Positions 1 through 13,383 of a stretch of 64,000 bases of DNA are shown here, piece after piece. This DNA comes from Eledone cirrhosa (taxonomy: Eukaryota), in the NCBI GenBank assembly GCA_964016885.1, contig OZ024741.1, positions 131,378,001 to 131,442,000 on the forward strand. The letters are read 5' to 3'. Under the pieces are notes generated by a model. The model saw nothing but the letters and a program-made list of their open reading frames with translations. It made no database searches and was not told the origin of the DNA. The position numbers and the translations under genes are program-made. Position 1 is the first letter of the stretch, and every line of letters begins with the position of its first letter.

Positions 1-1610
1 GAAGTATCTTCCATCTTTTCTTTGTTGATGACCTGAAGTTGTATGGGCCAAATATCAATGACATCAAGAAACAATTGGACCTCATTACACAATTTTCAAC
101 AGACATCAAAATGAAATTTGCTGAGTCCAAGTGTGCATATTTGGCAGTAAAACGTGGAAGAGCTGTGCCCTCCTCTAGAAATCTAGAGATGAACGGCCTG
201 ACAATACAACCTCTACAGTCAGGTGACAACTACATATATCTTGGACAGGATGAGAATATCAGATATGATGGACCCATAAATAAGGAGAGAACCAGAACTG
301 AATACCTCAGAAAAGTAAAGAAAATATGGTCATCAGAACTGTCAGCGTACAACAGATACATTGCTCACAATACTTATGCTGTGCCAATTCTAACACCAAC
401 ATTTGGCCTGCTGAACTGTTTCATTGCAAGAACTAAGTGAGATGGATGTTAGAACTCGAAAACTTCTCAGTGTTACTGGGAACTTTAACATCAATGGTGA
501 TGTGGATAGGCTATACTTCTCACGCAAGACAGGTGGCCGGGGTCTAAAATCCATATTAACATTATATGATACCCGGATAGTAACATCTTCAACAGAGGAA
601 AAAGGTTGGCAACCATCTTGCCCAGGTTTATGAGCATGAAAAAAAAATCATTAGAATAGCCACTGATCTGGAGGAGAGATATGGAATAAAGCCTGATATA
701 AATCTCTCACCCAGAGAAATCGTAAGATCCTATTCAATGTTCAAACAAGATGAAAAAATTGACCAATTTACAGAAAAAATTGTGCATGGATACTTGAGAC
801 GTAAAACACAGACCATAGAGGGGATAAACCACTTAAAAAGCCTGGCATGGAGTTCCGACAAGTTTATGACATCACACCTTGAGAGATATCTCTATGCAAT
901 ACAGGAACAAGAACTCCCTACCAAATATCTGCTGCACAAAAGGGGAGGGCCATAAGCTGACAATAAATGTAGGCTATGTAAAACAAAGATCAAGGATGTA
1001 AGCCACATTGTTGCCAGCTGCGAAAGAATGTCATCTCGCTACTACCTCCCCATGAGACACGATGGGATAGCTAGAACCATCTGGAACGCACTTCGGAAAA
1101 CAAAATTAACAACAAACGAGGAAGAAAATATTGAGACAGATGGCACTAAGGAATACTGGTGGAACCTGAAAATAAAAACTGCCGCAAAATTAAAGCACAA
1201 CCGGCCTGATATTGTTGTTTGGGATCACACATTGAAAACGTATTCTGTTGTGGAGATCAGCTGCCAACTTGATGTAAACGTTGTCAGAAAAATACAGGAG
1301 AAGGAGGACATTGATGAGGAGTTTACAAATCCAGTATCCAAGATACACCTTTAGCTTCATACCCATTATTATTGGAGCTACGGGTTATATACCAACCCGC
1401 TTGGACCAAAGAATGACTGAACTTCGATTTGCGGACAAAGAGCGCAGCTCCCTAATTCACAGTCTACAAATGGCTGCGATAACTGGCACCTTCAAAATTT
1501 GCAAAACATTCTTGCGATTCAAGGGATGAAAATTTCTTTACTTTTATAACCTTGCCACCAGTAAGGTGGCCGGTCAAAAAAATATACTCGAAATTAAGAG
1601 AAAGCGATAA
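1..1610 (+). mobile_element. R4/Dong-like non-LTR retrotransposon 3' part (RT C-terminus, Zn knuckle, restriction-like endonuclease), frameshifted
   Basis: HLFFVDDLKLYG RT motif at window start; RLYFSRKTGGRGL; CRLC..HIVASC..RHD zinc knuckle; KHNRPDIVVWD..VVEISC PD-(D/E)xK endonuclease; split across several ORFs; followed by a short (CATA)n. Confidence 0.85.
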
Positions 1611-1789
1611 CATACATACATGCATGACGGCTGAAAACTCTGCTAAGAGTATTGCAATCGCTTGTCAGAATATAGAGTTTGGTGCACTTTTATGCTACCT
1701 ACCGCCAGCCACACAGACATGTAACATAGCCTGAACAATCATCGAAAACACTACCTGAAAAGGAGAACTAGTCAACATCATCGGGTGCT

Positions 1790-2082
1790 TCCAAAGCCGT
1801 AGGTTTTTTTTCAGAGTTTCCCTCTGAAAGGTGTTGTGACAACAACTGGGGGCCTTTCACTCCCAGGTGAACAAAACAAAAACTTCTATTTTTGGATGGC
1901 CGTTGACTCTGCTGAGTTCCTTCACCCTTTGCCGGGTCTTGTATTTCATCCCGCAGGCTGTCCAAATATCACCCTACTCACCAAGCTAACTTGGTGGGGC
2001 TGCCAGTTTAGTCGCCGACTACCCGACCATGAGACAGGTTGTATTGGGTTACATGTTACCAGTAGCACCCGAGAGCGACCTA
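1790..2082. repeat. Interspersed repeat fragment, related copy at ~29400-29660; followed by (CATA)n
   Basis: ggtggggctgccagtttagtcgccgactacccgaccatgagacaggttgtattgggttacatgttaccagtag resembles ggtggggaaacctgtttagtcgccgaccactcgaccatgaagtaggttgtactaagctacatggtaccagtaa at ~29570-29645. Confidence 0.55.
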
Positions 2083-2598
2083 ACATACATACATATATAC
2101 ATACATAGATACATGCATACATGCATACATGCATACATACATACCTGATAACTGCCACTTCTTTACAGAAGACGGCCATCTCTTCAACGAATTCCCTGAT
2201 ATTATGAACCACCACCAACTGCAGGCTGCTGGCTAGTTTGGTGAATGAACAGGATTTGGTTAGGCCACCTTTTCTAGATCCATCTCATGTGAATATGGGT
2301 GAGATGGGTGAGCAGTACGCCCCCCCCCCAAAAAAAAAAGCTGCCTAGACGCTCAAGACTCCGCCGAAGCATATAGTTGTTGAGGTTAACAGTGCAGCGA
2401 TGTTAAGATAAGACTCGAGCCGCCCAGGGGTAGATTTGTAACCATGTTTTTCTAACCGGCCGAGTTTGGGCTCGTTGCCATTCCTCCACTGTGTTCGTGT
2501 GTGTGATTTTCTGTATGTTTATGTACATAGATATATAGATAAATAGATAGATAGGTAGATAAATATATTGATAATTAGATAGACAGATACATATATAT

Positions 2599-2869
2599 GG
2601 AGGCACGTGGCTTAGTGGTAAGTGTGTTGGACTTACGATCATAATGTCGTGGGCTCGATTCCTGAGTTGCGTGTTGTGTTCTTGAGCAAAACACTTCATT
2701 TCACGTTGCTCCAGTATACTCAGCTGAAAATGTGTATCAGCAATAGTTGGAGGTTTAATCCTGCGATGGACTGGCGTCCTGTCCAGGGAGGAGTCTTGTA
2801 CTCTCAGTCGCTTCACGCCATGAAACCGGGATAAGCACCGACCAAATGAGCCTTCTGGCTTAAGACAGA

Positions 2870-2872
<3 letters not shown>
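2599..2872 (+). mobile_element. tRNA-derived SINE (CORE-like); diverged relatives at ~6435-6720, ~13850-14120, ~16545-16680
   Basis: A-box-like tggcttagtggt, B-box-like ggctcgattcc, then tgtgttcttgagcaaaacacttcatttcacgttgctccagt core-like block; flanked by TA runs. Confidence 0.65.
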
Positions 2873-2931
<59 letters not shown>

Positions 2932-3271
2932 AGAGGAGAGAGAGAAGAGGAGAGAGAGAGAGAGAGAGATTGATAGATAAAAAATTAACTCGACAACAGA
3001 CAGATGTGCAGATAACTATAAATAGGCAAACTGAGATATCTGGGGTTATGTAGGCGGAACACATGAAAGGTGCTTTTTTTCGTTAAAATGTCATATTTAG
3101 CTATAAGAGAGAAAAATAAAAAAAAGAAGACAACATTTTCTTCGACCGGAGAAGGAATTGAAGCCGCCACCTTCAGATACCTTCACAACATATGCTATAA
3201 AAGCCTTATGCTCTACAAACTGAGCAATGTAAGCAGACAGATAGACAAATAGATAGACAGACAAATAGATA

Positions 3272-4860
3272 TATTTCTTTATTAGCCACAGGGGCACAAA
3301 AGAAGTGGACAAATACAAAGGGGGAAGTTTACATACAATAAAAACGTGTAAAATGTTATCACAAATGCAATTTAAAAAATTAGTCGATTTTACCCAATTA
3401 GGGGAGACAGTTTATATGGGTAACACATACCCCCGAAAAAATGTGAAACCCTCATCTCTAGGAGTACGAAGAGTTTGTACTCCTTTCCTCTCCTCCTCCT
3501 TTTCCTCAACCTACAGGCTGATATAGAGAGAAGGCCCATTCACTCGGGCCATTCTCGCCACTTTCACCCACCTTTCATAAAACTTGCTGGCGTACAGCAC
3601 CTCTCTCTCCATCCTGATTCTTCTTCCAAAGTGGTATTTGAAAAAAAGAATCAGTTGTTGGCCGGAGAGAAAGGTGTCTGACCTCAGCCCTTTCAACCTT
3701 GTCCACCATACAACCTCTTTCGCCATAGCTATCACACAAAGGAAAACGGCCTCTCCTTCGTTTTTGAAGGAGGGTGGCGGTTTGATCATGACAATGGACT
3801 CGGTGGTCAACCGGATTGGTCCCACCCGCGACAATAGTTCTACATATCCCCACAGGTCAGTGTATGAATGCGTGCGCGACAGTTTCTTCGTTACGCACGC
3901 ACCTCGGACAGATCTTTTTTGCAGGGTCCCTGCCCGGGCGTCCATGTCTGTAGAGCTTGTTTCGAACTGGTAGAGCTCCTCGGTAGCACTGCCAGGCCAG
4001 GGACTTTTGGAAGTTGTCCATCGGTCCCGGGCGGAAGGTCCTACCGAACATACTGACCAGTTCATCTTCCTCTACGCCTAGAGTTTCACTGAGCGCGTCG
4101 TCGCACTTGCTGCGGATCAACCCTCTATAGAATGACGAAGTGGAGTTTCCACTGATCGCCGGGTCTGCCTGCCAGAGGGCTGTGAGCGCCTGAGCACATT
4201 CGATGTGCCAGTCGCCCATTTTCTTCGGTCTTTGCTTGACCCAGGACTGCAGCTCGGTCAGCGAGACGAGTCGTGGCAAGGCTCGCCTCACGAACGGGGC
4301 CCACACCGGTTGTCCGGTGAAGAATACGTAGAGATGCCGCAGCCTGAGCGCGTGTTTGCGCATCGTCAGCCACGGCATCCCCAGACCTCCGTTAGAAGGG
4401 TGTTGGCAGCAGATGGATCTTCTCACCAAAGGAGCCCGCCTCTTCCAAAGGAATTGGAAGAGCGCGCGCTCCATTTTGGCGAGCGTTTTGGCTGGTCAAG
4501 GCACGGTCAAGCGGTAGTAGATGGCGGACGCTATAAAAGTGTTCCGCTCGACCTTTCAAGGATAGTTTGCACTCGGCCCACTTCTGGGTGAGTGTAAACA
4601 CCTTGGCCGTCACTTCGTTCCAGTTCTTCTCCACCTGGAGGTCCGGACCAAACCAGACCCCGAGCAGCTTTACCGGTCCTTCCGTCCAGCGTCCGACGAC
4701 GCCATCGGAAGGCATCGGTTTGCCTCTCCACGATCCGAGTTGTAAACCGATGGACTTGTCCCGGTTCAGCTTCGCTCCTGTGAAACTTTCGTATTCCTTC
4801 AGTAAGGTGCCGACTTCCTCAATTTGCGAGGCGCTCGACACCATTACTGTCACGTCGTCA
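3272..4860 (-). mobile_element. Tx1-like (L1 group) non-LTR retrotransposon, 5'-truncated, copy A
   Basis: DDVTVM RT motif, GAKLNRDKS, GGLGMP, CPRC..EETVAHAFIH zinc knuckle; 3' UTR with aataaa followed by a (TATC)n-like tail at ~3235-3271. Confidence 0.85.
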
Positions 4861-4873
4861 GACAGATAGATAT

Positions 4874-6058
4874 GTTTCTTTTATTTGCCACTAGGGCATC
4901 AAAAGTGGGACAAGTACAAAGGGGGGAGTTTACACAAAAAGGCGTCCTCAATAAGGAGGAGGCAATAACAAAATATAAAAATAAAATAAGATATAACAAA
5001 AAATAAAATTTATAACAAAATCCTCAATAGAGAGGAGGCGCCTTGGGGGGTCGCACACACCCCCGAAAAAAGTGTGCAACCCTTCTCCTCAGGAGCACAG
5101 AGAAGGGGTGCTCCCTTGGTCTTTCATCTTCCTCACCTATAGTCTGATGTAGAGTGAAGGCCCATTCACACGGGCCATTCTCGCCACTTTCACCCATCTT
5201 TCATAGAAACGGCTGGGGTGCAGCACCTCTCTCTCCATCCTGATCCTTCTTCCGAAATGATAACGGAAGAAACGGACCAGTTGTTGGCCAGAGAGAAAGG
5301 TGCCTGACCTCAGTCCTTTCAGACGCGTCCACCATACAACCTCTTTCGCCATGGCTATTACGCACAGAAACACCGCCTCTGCTTCATCTTTGAAGGGGGG
5401 AGGCGGCTTGATCATTACAATAGACTCGGTGGTCAACCGGATCGGTCCCACCCTTGACAGCAGTTGTTCGTCATAGCCCCACAGATCGGCTACGCCCGAG
5501 CAGTGTACCAATGCGTGTGCAACGGTTTCCTCGTCGCACACGCATCTGGGACAGATCTTTTTGGCGGGGTCCCTACCCGGGCGCCCGTGTCTGTAGAGCC
5601 TTTCTCGAACGGGTAAAGCCCCTCAGTAGCACTGCCAGGCCAGGGACTTCTGGAAGTTGTCCATAGGTCCCGGGCTGAATGTCCTACCGAACAGGCTGGC
5701 CAGTTCGTCCTCCTCCATGTCTAGGGCTTCTCCGAGGGCGTCGTCGCACCTGCTGCGTACCAGCCCTCTATAGAATGTTGCGGTGGAGTCTCCACTGATA
5801 ACCGGATCCGCCTGCCAGAGGGCGGTGAGCGCCTGGGCACACTCAGTGTGCCAGGCGCCCAGTTTTCTCGGTCTTTGCTTGACCCAGGATTGCAGCTCGG
5901 TGAGTGAGACGAGTCTGGGAAAGGTTCGTCTCACAAACGAGGCCCACACCGGTTGTCCGGTGAGGAATACGTAGAGGTGCCGTAGCCTTAATGCGTGTTT
6001 ACGCATCATTAGCCACGGCATCCCCAGCCCTCCTTTCGAAGGGTGTTGACAGCAGATG

Positions 6059-6060
<2 letters not shown>
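4874..6060 (-). mobile_element. Tx1-like element, 5'-truncated, copy B (head-to-tail with A)
   Basis: ORFs 5623..6138 and 5137..5541 homologous to copy A; 3' UTR nearly identical to copy E; short (TATC) tail at 4861-4873. Confidence 0.85.
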
Positions 6061-6112
<52 letters not shown>

Positions 6113-6120
6113 CAGATAGA

Positions 6121-6360
6121 TTTCTTTATTTGCCACAAGGGCGTACAAAAAATGGGACATTACAAAACGTTACGTGGGGGGGGGGGGGCTTTACATAAAA
6201 ATTGTGTAAACTTTAACATTAATAAATTAAAATAAACTATATATTAAAATAAAATAACAATCGAAATCCCCAATAGGGAGAACGTTACTGCGGGATTGTT
6301 TTACACCCAGTAGATAGAACAACCCTCAACACCAGGAGAATGTTTGGTATGCGTTCCTGT
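6121..6360 (-). mobile_element. Tx1-like 3' UTR fragment, copy C, with (TATC)n tail at 6058-6120
   Basis: tttctttatttgccacaagggcgtacaaaa matches the 3' ends of copies A, B, D and E. Confidence 0.65.
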
Positions 6361-7834
6361 CCCCCCCCCCCTCTCTCTCTCCGGAAGAGATAAAGCCCTC
6401 GCTCAGGTTTAAAATATTCCTGAAACATCGTATGTTGTTAAGTGGTTAGTCTATCTCGCTGAAAAGTTTGCTATTCTTGTTATCATCAGTTGATTGTGTC
6501 TGCCATGATAGTCTGTTTCGTTCTTATTTCACGTTACTCCAGTATATATAGCTATCACAAATGGTTTTTACTTTTAATCGAAATGACCAGCCCTGTCACA
6601 CATTGTGGAACGCTGAATCTCCCAAAGAACTTCCTTATGGGTACACGTGTCACATTTACTCGGTAATTTCACATGCAGGCTGTTGAAAAACTAGAACACT
6701 CTCCGTCGGAATTAAAGCAATTCCACAGCAATACATGAAAGCCCCATTTCTCTAAACTGTATCTCTATGGTATTAAACCATCTTTCATATCTTAGCCTGG
6801 AAGCTTCCTGTCAGAGAAAACCACGGTGGTGTATGTTGGTGGGATCTTACTGACATGTTTTCTGTAAACTCTAGGCCACGTTTGTCAAATATTTTTAATG
6901 AGACCCATAGCATGTGCTGCATTTTGTTTTGCGACCCAATGTATAATATATCATTTGGATTATTTTTTATTATATTTTTCTTAGGACACTATTTGTTCAA
7001 TAATGACATGTTTTGTCAAGTGCAGAGCTGAAGTCCCTTTCTCTTTTCAGGGTGGTAGAAAGAAGAGAAAAAGGTATCTTTAAACTGGAGCTCTGGTCTG
7101 AATGCTTGCACAGAGAACTGAGTCCCCAAAAGGCACCCAGCAGCCAGGCAAAATATGTCAAGGCGAGATTTGAACGCCTAAACAAATTATACAAGTCCAA
7201 CTTTCTAATGATGGCTGGAATATATACCACGAAGCTGTCCACGTCTACCAACGTTCACTGCAATGCTGATGTGCCCACTCTTCATCCTGCTTCTACAGGT
7301 ATTGTAGACGCTTAATATTAAACCTACAATGAACCAACGGGAGAACCCTCTTGTAGTCTCCCAAGCTGCAAGCCATATCACTCACAAATCATATCCTATC
7401 ATTTTTTAAATAATGTATTTCATTATACAAAAGACGTTATGGTTATAGTTTGAGCGTCTTCGATCTTAGTTAGACATGTGTGCTCGATCAGAGCTCACTT
7501 TGGGTAAAACAACAACTACTTCCATGAATAGAGATCTAATCAACAAAGACACGATCTCACAACACTTATGGATATAACAATCTCCTGATTCACAAAACTT
7601 ACTCCTGGATATTTCTCTGTGGACAAGACCAAATGTAAATAGATTCTTATCCCCTCTCTTCGTACATAGGAAAAATAGAAGAGCTCACCTTCACATGTTT
7701 CACAACTAGTTGGTCGTTTATCAGAAGATGAGTATGTACCCTTATCCTTTAGCCCACGAACAAAACTTATAGTATATCGCACTTTATGTCAAACTCCAAC
7801 CAGAACTTAATTGATATAGCAATGAGATTAATCA

Positions 7835-8052
7835 AATAATGGTTTCTGATTTAGGAACAAGATCAACAATTTGGGGAGGAGGGGAAATTGATTAAATCTA
7901 CCCCAATGCATTATTGATACTTTATCTTATCGACCCCCGTACGGCTGAAAGGCAAAGCTCGGTGGAATTTGAACTCAGAACATAAAGGGCCTAACTCTAT
8001 GGCGCAGAGAATGTTCTTCGACGATCTACCGACACTGTCAATCTACCGCCCG
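7835..8052 (-). mobile_element. Abundant tRNA-derived SINE family (gcctttcatcc..ggggtcgataaaat central domain)
   Basis: Minus strand reads gggcggtagattg..gagttcaaattcc B-box..gcctttc..ggggtcgataa; about 20 related copies in the window. Confidence 0.75.
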
Positions 8053-8124
8053 TGATTAATTAAATAATAGATATTTTGCACAGCACAGGTATTTACTTGC
8101 TTGATTCAGTGGAATGATACGTAA

Positions 8125-8512
8125 TATCCCCCCCCCCCCCACACAGCCCCGGTGGACAGAATGGAGAAGGCGTTTCCCCAGAGGACGGCAAGGGAGACGC
8201 GCTGGAAAAGCCATTCCAACTCACAGGGCTCACACCTGCGGGTGTCCAGCTCAGTGTCTATGGTGGTGAGCATGGAGGTAGCCCTAGGGCCGAGGACACC
8301 AGAAGTCTCCACTCCCAAGAGTACAACCGCAAACCTGTCGGAGAGCGACCGGTATTTGAGGAGTTTGGCCTCCTCAGCCCGACGTGCAGCAGAACCTGGG
8401 TAAGTCGCAGACTGCACCAGGTTGCGGCTGCAGAAAGTGTCGGTGCAAAGGGCGAACCAGACAAAGGGTTTGCCACCGCGGAACGGGAAGATGGTCATGC
8501 CATCTGGCCGTA
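8125..8512 (-). mobile_element. CRE-like non-LTR retrotransposon endonuclease (RLE) fragment
   Basis: RPDGMTIFPFRGGKPFVW..DT..GSAARRAEEAKLLKY..GVETSGVLG..LFQRVSLAVLWGNA motif pattern. Confidence 0.7.
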
Positions 8513-8619
8513 CTTTGAAACTGTAGTTATAACTACATTAAATTTATCTCAGAATTTTCTCATATAAACTGCTTTGTGCATAAATATTTATTATTTTGTT
8601 AATCACGCTGACAATAAAA

Positions 8620-9520
8620 GCACATTATACAGATTTGACCGACCTTGAGAACTTTCCTGTAAACAATGTCGTTGCATTCGACATCATCAAAGCTTTTGAC
8701 CGTGTCTTGCATACTAAATATAGCTAAATTGTTTTCTTCTGTGGTTGTATTTACCTCACGTCTCTTAGATCGGCGGTTTTATATCAGTCCGCACCATCGT
8801 GACATGTACTGATAGGAAACTCTTTTACTAGTAAATTTATCAACTGTTTTTTTTTCCCCAAAAGTTTGGTTTTTCCCATCTCACTCTCCAAACTTTCACC
8901 CACATACCAGTGGTAACCTTTATCTACCTTTTCTGCCACTATTATAATGGCAGCTGCTCCTTTAAGCTAGTTGTTCTTGTGCTACTGCAGTCCAGACAGT
9001 GCCAGCCCACTCGTCTCTCCTTCATTCATCAGGCCCAATATGTGTCTCACCCCTACCCCAGACTCACTTTAACCACAGTTTTGTCACCCCTTTCGTCCCA
9101 GAACATTACCCCACTTAAAATCTTTCCACGACCATTTGTTACTGTTTAGCCTTAGATCATACTTCGTAGACCCACGTCAAATGCACGCCAGCCTCAACAC
9201 TCCATTTTTTAAAAATTCAAACAAAGAATGATATAATTCTAGCTGATACTTCGATTTAAAAATGATTACGTGAAATTTGTAGGAGACTTTGCTACTATTT
9301 CTAGAAGGTTAAACACTCACGTAGAAGATGGATCTATTGTTAACTCACTCCGTTCCTCGCATGTTATTCTCACATCAACCGCCTTGCAACTACAACTATG
9401 CAGTTGGAACTTACACCACATCAGTCTCAGCGATTTCGAAGGGACTGAGAAGTCTATTGTTTTGACCCACTCATACACAACAAACAACATGACATCCCAA
9501 CAAAACATATCATGATGAAA
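8620..9520 (+). mobile_element. Heavily decayed CR1/Jockey-like RT remnant
   Basis: gtcgttgcattcgacatcatcaaagcttttgaccgtgtcttgcat translates VVAFDIIKAFDRVLH (RT DxxKAFD motif); remainder degenerate. Confidence 0.45.
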
Positions 9521-10122
9521 CAACGATGGTATATGTACCTGGTTGCTCGATCTGCAAGAAAGAGTAGCTATATCTCCCTCAAATCAGACTAATCTGTTTC
9601 AAATAATGAGGGATATATATATATATGTAACAACGTCAGGAACACTGACCTAATGATTTTGACAAAAACAAAACAAAAGGGTGACACAATGTAAAATGTA
9701 ATCATGTATATAGAAACAAATTAGATTGTCACGGTTGGAACGCCTTTGATCATATGTTTGCTTACGGGCATTTGATCATATCTACAACTCCTAACCACCA
9801 CCAAACCCACCACCACCACCACTACGACGACCACCACCACAGCAACCACCTCCACCCCACCACCACCACAGCAACCACCTCCACCCCACCACCACCACCA
9901 TTATCACCACCATTATCACCACTGCCACAACCACCACAACTACTGTCACTAGACCCCTACTTCCCGCCACCACTTCTACTAACACCACCTCCTCCATTAA
10001 CTCCAGAACACCCCCCCACTTCGTCACCATTACCACTTATCCACCAAGTGCCGTGGGATAATCATTTAGGCGTGGCTTAATTGACCACAGTATGGTGTCT
10101 TATTACCAAGGCGTTGGTCAAT

Positions 10123-10189
<67 letters not shown>

Positions 10190-10363
10190 TGGAAGGAAAA
10201 CTGGGAGAGAGGGAGATGGAAAGGGAGAGAGGGAGAAAAGAGAGATGTGACGGTGAAATTAGTTAACACGCTTGCAAGTGGAGCACCATCAGCACCGTCA
10301 CAATCCCAACGCTTACCAACACCAACACCACCATCAACACCAGTAACACAACCGTCACCACCT

Positions 10364-10760
10364 TCACTCAGCTCAAAAAATAGGAGTTGCATCTGTGATT
10401 CAAAGGGCCAGAGTTTGAGGGATAAATCCTAAAGAACCGTTCTTTCTATTCGATGTATTACACCCTGAATACAAATCTATAATACTACTATATTTTTTCC
10501 CAAATTGTGTTCTTCAAAATATGAGAGCGTCTAATACACCAGTGTCGGAGTAAAATTTACAATGACAATTATTAATAGAACATATCTTATTTTCGGCTTA
10601 CAAAAGACGCTCTCATATTTTTGGAAAAAAATATAGTAGCATTTAAAAATGTTTATTCAGTGCGTAATATACTGAGTATAAAGAACGGTTCTTTAGGTAA
10701 TATCTCTCAAATGTTGGCACTTTGAATTACACATACAACTTATTTTGTTCAGTTGAGTGA
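10364..10760. mobile_element. MITE/foldback element with ~165-bp imperfect terminal inverted repeats
   Basis: tcactcagct..ttcaaagggcca..cctaaagaaccgttcttt..aatatgagagcgtct mirrored by agacgctctcatatt..aaagaacggttctttagg..tggcactttgaa..agttgagtga. Confidence 0.75.
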
Positions 10761-10789
10761 ACTGGAGCAACGTGAAATTAACTCTCAAG

Positions 10790-12445
10790 GAGAAGAGCCG
10801 AGGTTTAAAATCCATATTAACATCATACGAGACCCAGATAATAACATTGAAGCAACATCTTCAACAGAAGAAAAAGATTAGCAGTCATCTCACTCAGGTT
10901 TTTGAGCATGAAAATAACAACATTTTTAGGATAGCCACTGATTTAGAAGGGAGACAGGAAATAAAACCTGATATAAATCTCTCCCTGAGAAGCATTAGAA
11001 AACTCTACGTAATGGTTAAACAAAATAAAAATATGGGCCAATTCACAGAGAAAGTTGTTCATGGGTACTTGAGAGGAAAAACGCAGGTTATGGATGGAAT
11101 AAACAATACTAAAAGCCTGACATGGAATTCTGACAAATACATAAGATCCCACCTTAAAGGATACCTTCATGCAATCTCCACCAAGTACCAACTGTATAAA
11201 AGAGGAAAGTCTTCAGTTGACAATAAATGTAAGCTGATCAAAACAAAGACCGAAGATGTTAGCCACAATATTGCACACTGTGAAAAACATTTCTTCTCAT
11301 TACTACCTCTCCATGATAGCCAGAACAATCTGGAAAGCATTTCAGAAGATGAAAGTAAAAACATATAAGAAGGAATATGTTAAGACTGATAGTTCAAAGG
11401 TTTGCTGGTAGAACCTAAAAATAAAAGTCACCACCGGCCTAATATTCTTGTTTGGGACCACACATTACAAGCACGCTCCGTTGTAGATGTCAGCTGCCCA
11501 CTTAGTGTCAATGTATTTTTTCTTATCATTTATTTCACTAATGTACTGGGTATTTGCTGGCCTTGTGCCTAAAGTAGAAACAATTTATTTCACTAGCAGT
11601 GTATAAATTTAAAATTTAAAAAGGTGCATAAAACAAAAAAAGCATGATACACTATTTACAAAGAAGAGAATAAAAAGTTCTTAATGGAATGAATTGGTTT
11701 ATTATTGAGAATGCACTGATCAGGTTAGTGAGGCCAGCGAAAAAGATTGTAGTAAAAAAACTCATCCTTTTCATAACGGTCTGTAAAAGGAACACTTTAT
11801 GCAAAGTAATTTTATATTTTATTTACAAATTTTGAAATATTTTTGTTAATGTTACTACAAATGGTAGGTTTGTTGATTACTCAACAATATCTTTTTGATA
11901 TATCTTTTTACATCTTTTGGGTCTAGAAGAGTAGCATCGTTGCACACAAAATAGGGATAGCTGAATTAATTAAATGTTGTTATTGCATAACTATTACATT
12001 TGAATAGAATGTCCTAGAATACTTCAGCGGATAATAGTGAATATTCTTTATGAATTTTTCTTGAACACATTTTGGTGTAGAGTTGTGATAAACTTTGAAC
12101 ATAAGTTTTAAGTGTGCAACCGAATTTGGTAGTTTGGATTCTATGGCTTGAATGTGCAATTTCCAATTCAAATTTTCGTTAATAAGAATTCCTAGAAAGT
12201 TTGTAAATCTGTACAAGATATATGCTCAGCTTCACACTCGTCAATATTGGAGCTACAGGTTACATATCAACCCGCATGGACCAGAGTTTAACTGAACTTT
12301 GATTGGTGGAGAAAGAATGCAGCTCTTTAATTCATACGCTACAAATTGTCGCGATATCTGGAACCTTGAACGACGGAAATTTGCTTTTCTTTACAACCTT
12401 GCCACCGGGAAGGTGGCCAACCAAAAATAAACTCAAAATTAAGAA
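10790..12445 (+). mobile_element. Second diverged R4/Dong-like copy, interrupted at ~11515-12243; followed by (CATA)n at 12446-12605
   Basis: RGLKSILTSYETQI..VHGYLRGK homologous to 530-1280; resumes at ~12244 (tattggagctacaggttacatatcaacccg) matching 1370-1600. Confidence 0.8.
11800..12215 (-). mobile_element. LINE RT C-terminal remnant nested in the R4-like copy
   Basis: NFLGILINENLNWKLHIQAIESKL resembles the KFLGxxIDxxLxWxxHI motif of CR1/Jockey-type RTs. Confidence 0.5.
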
Positions 12446-12505
12446 ACATACATACATACATACATACATACATACATACATACATACATACATACATACA
12501 TACAC

Positions 12506-12536
<31 letters not shown>

Positions 12537-13311
12537 TACATACATACATACATACATACATACATACATACATACATACATACATACATACATACATACA
12601 TACACACTTATTCATGTATACAATTGTGTTAAAACTACAATAAGTCAGATACAAATTGCTATTGTCAACATTGCCAATCCAGAAGGCAACAATGCAAGTT
12701 CTCATGATGGCCACTAACCTATCTGAACTTTAACCTCTTTTTCTATATGCCATTTTTTGTTTTCTACTTTTTCATCTTCAATGTTTCAGGCTTTTTGCCC
12801 TGGTTTTTAGTTGTTTTTTTCTTCTTGTAATGTTTTGTGTTGTTTTTTTTTTTGGTGGGGTAGGAGTAGGAGGAGAACAATTACTTCATCCGCTGATTTT
12901 TACATGGAAATGCTCTCCTCCCTTCTCTTTCCAGGCCCTCCTACCATCATTAGAATATCATTGCGTAATCAGAGACCGGATGCCCTACTCTCCGAAAACG
13001 GATGACTCCTTGTGTTGAATATGAATGGTTCACTGAACAGGGGTGGTAGTGTTAGAGGTGGTGACGGTAGTGGTGGTTGGTGGTGGTTGATGGTAGTTGG
13101 TGGTGGTTGGTGGTGGTTGGTGGTGCTAAGGGGGCGAGGAAATAATATGTAAGAGACGAGAAGAGCCGAGATCGAGGAAGGGAGTGAAAGAGAGATAAAA
13201 GAGATAAGAGATAGATATGAGAATGAAATTATAAATGGAATGAAAAAGAAGGAAAGAATAAGGTGAGAGGCGTGAGAGAAAGTGTTATATAAGTGAGTGA
13301 GTGGAACGTTG

Positions 13312-13383
<72 letters not shown>

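Noticed and set aside
2599-2680. tRNA genes
   Set aside because: A/B boxes belong to SINE heads; no complete cloverleaf could be folded.
7013-7315. 100-aa ORF as a host exon
   Set aside because: No recognisable domain and no supporting neighbouring exons.
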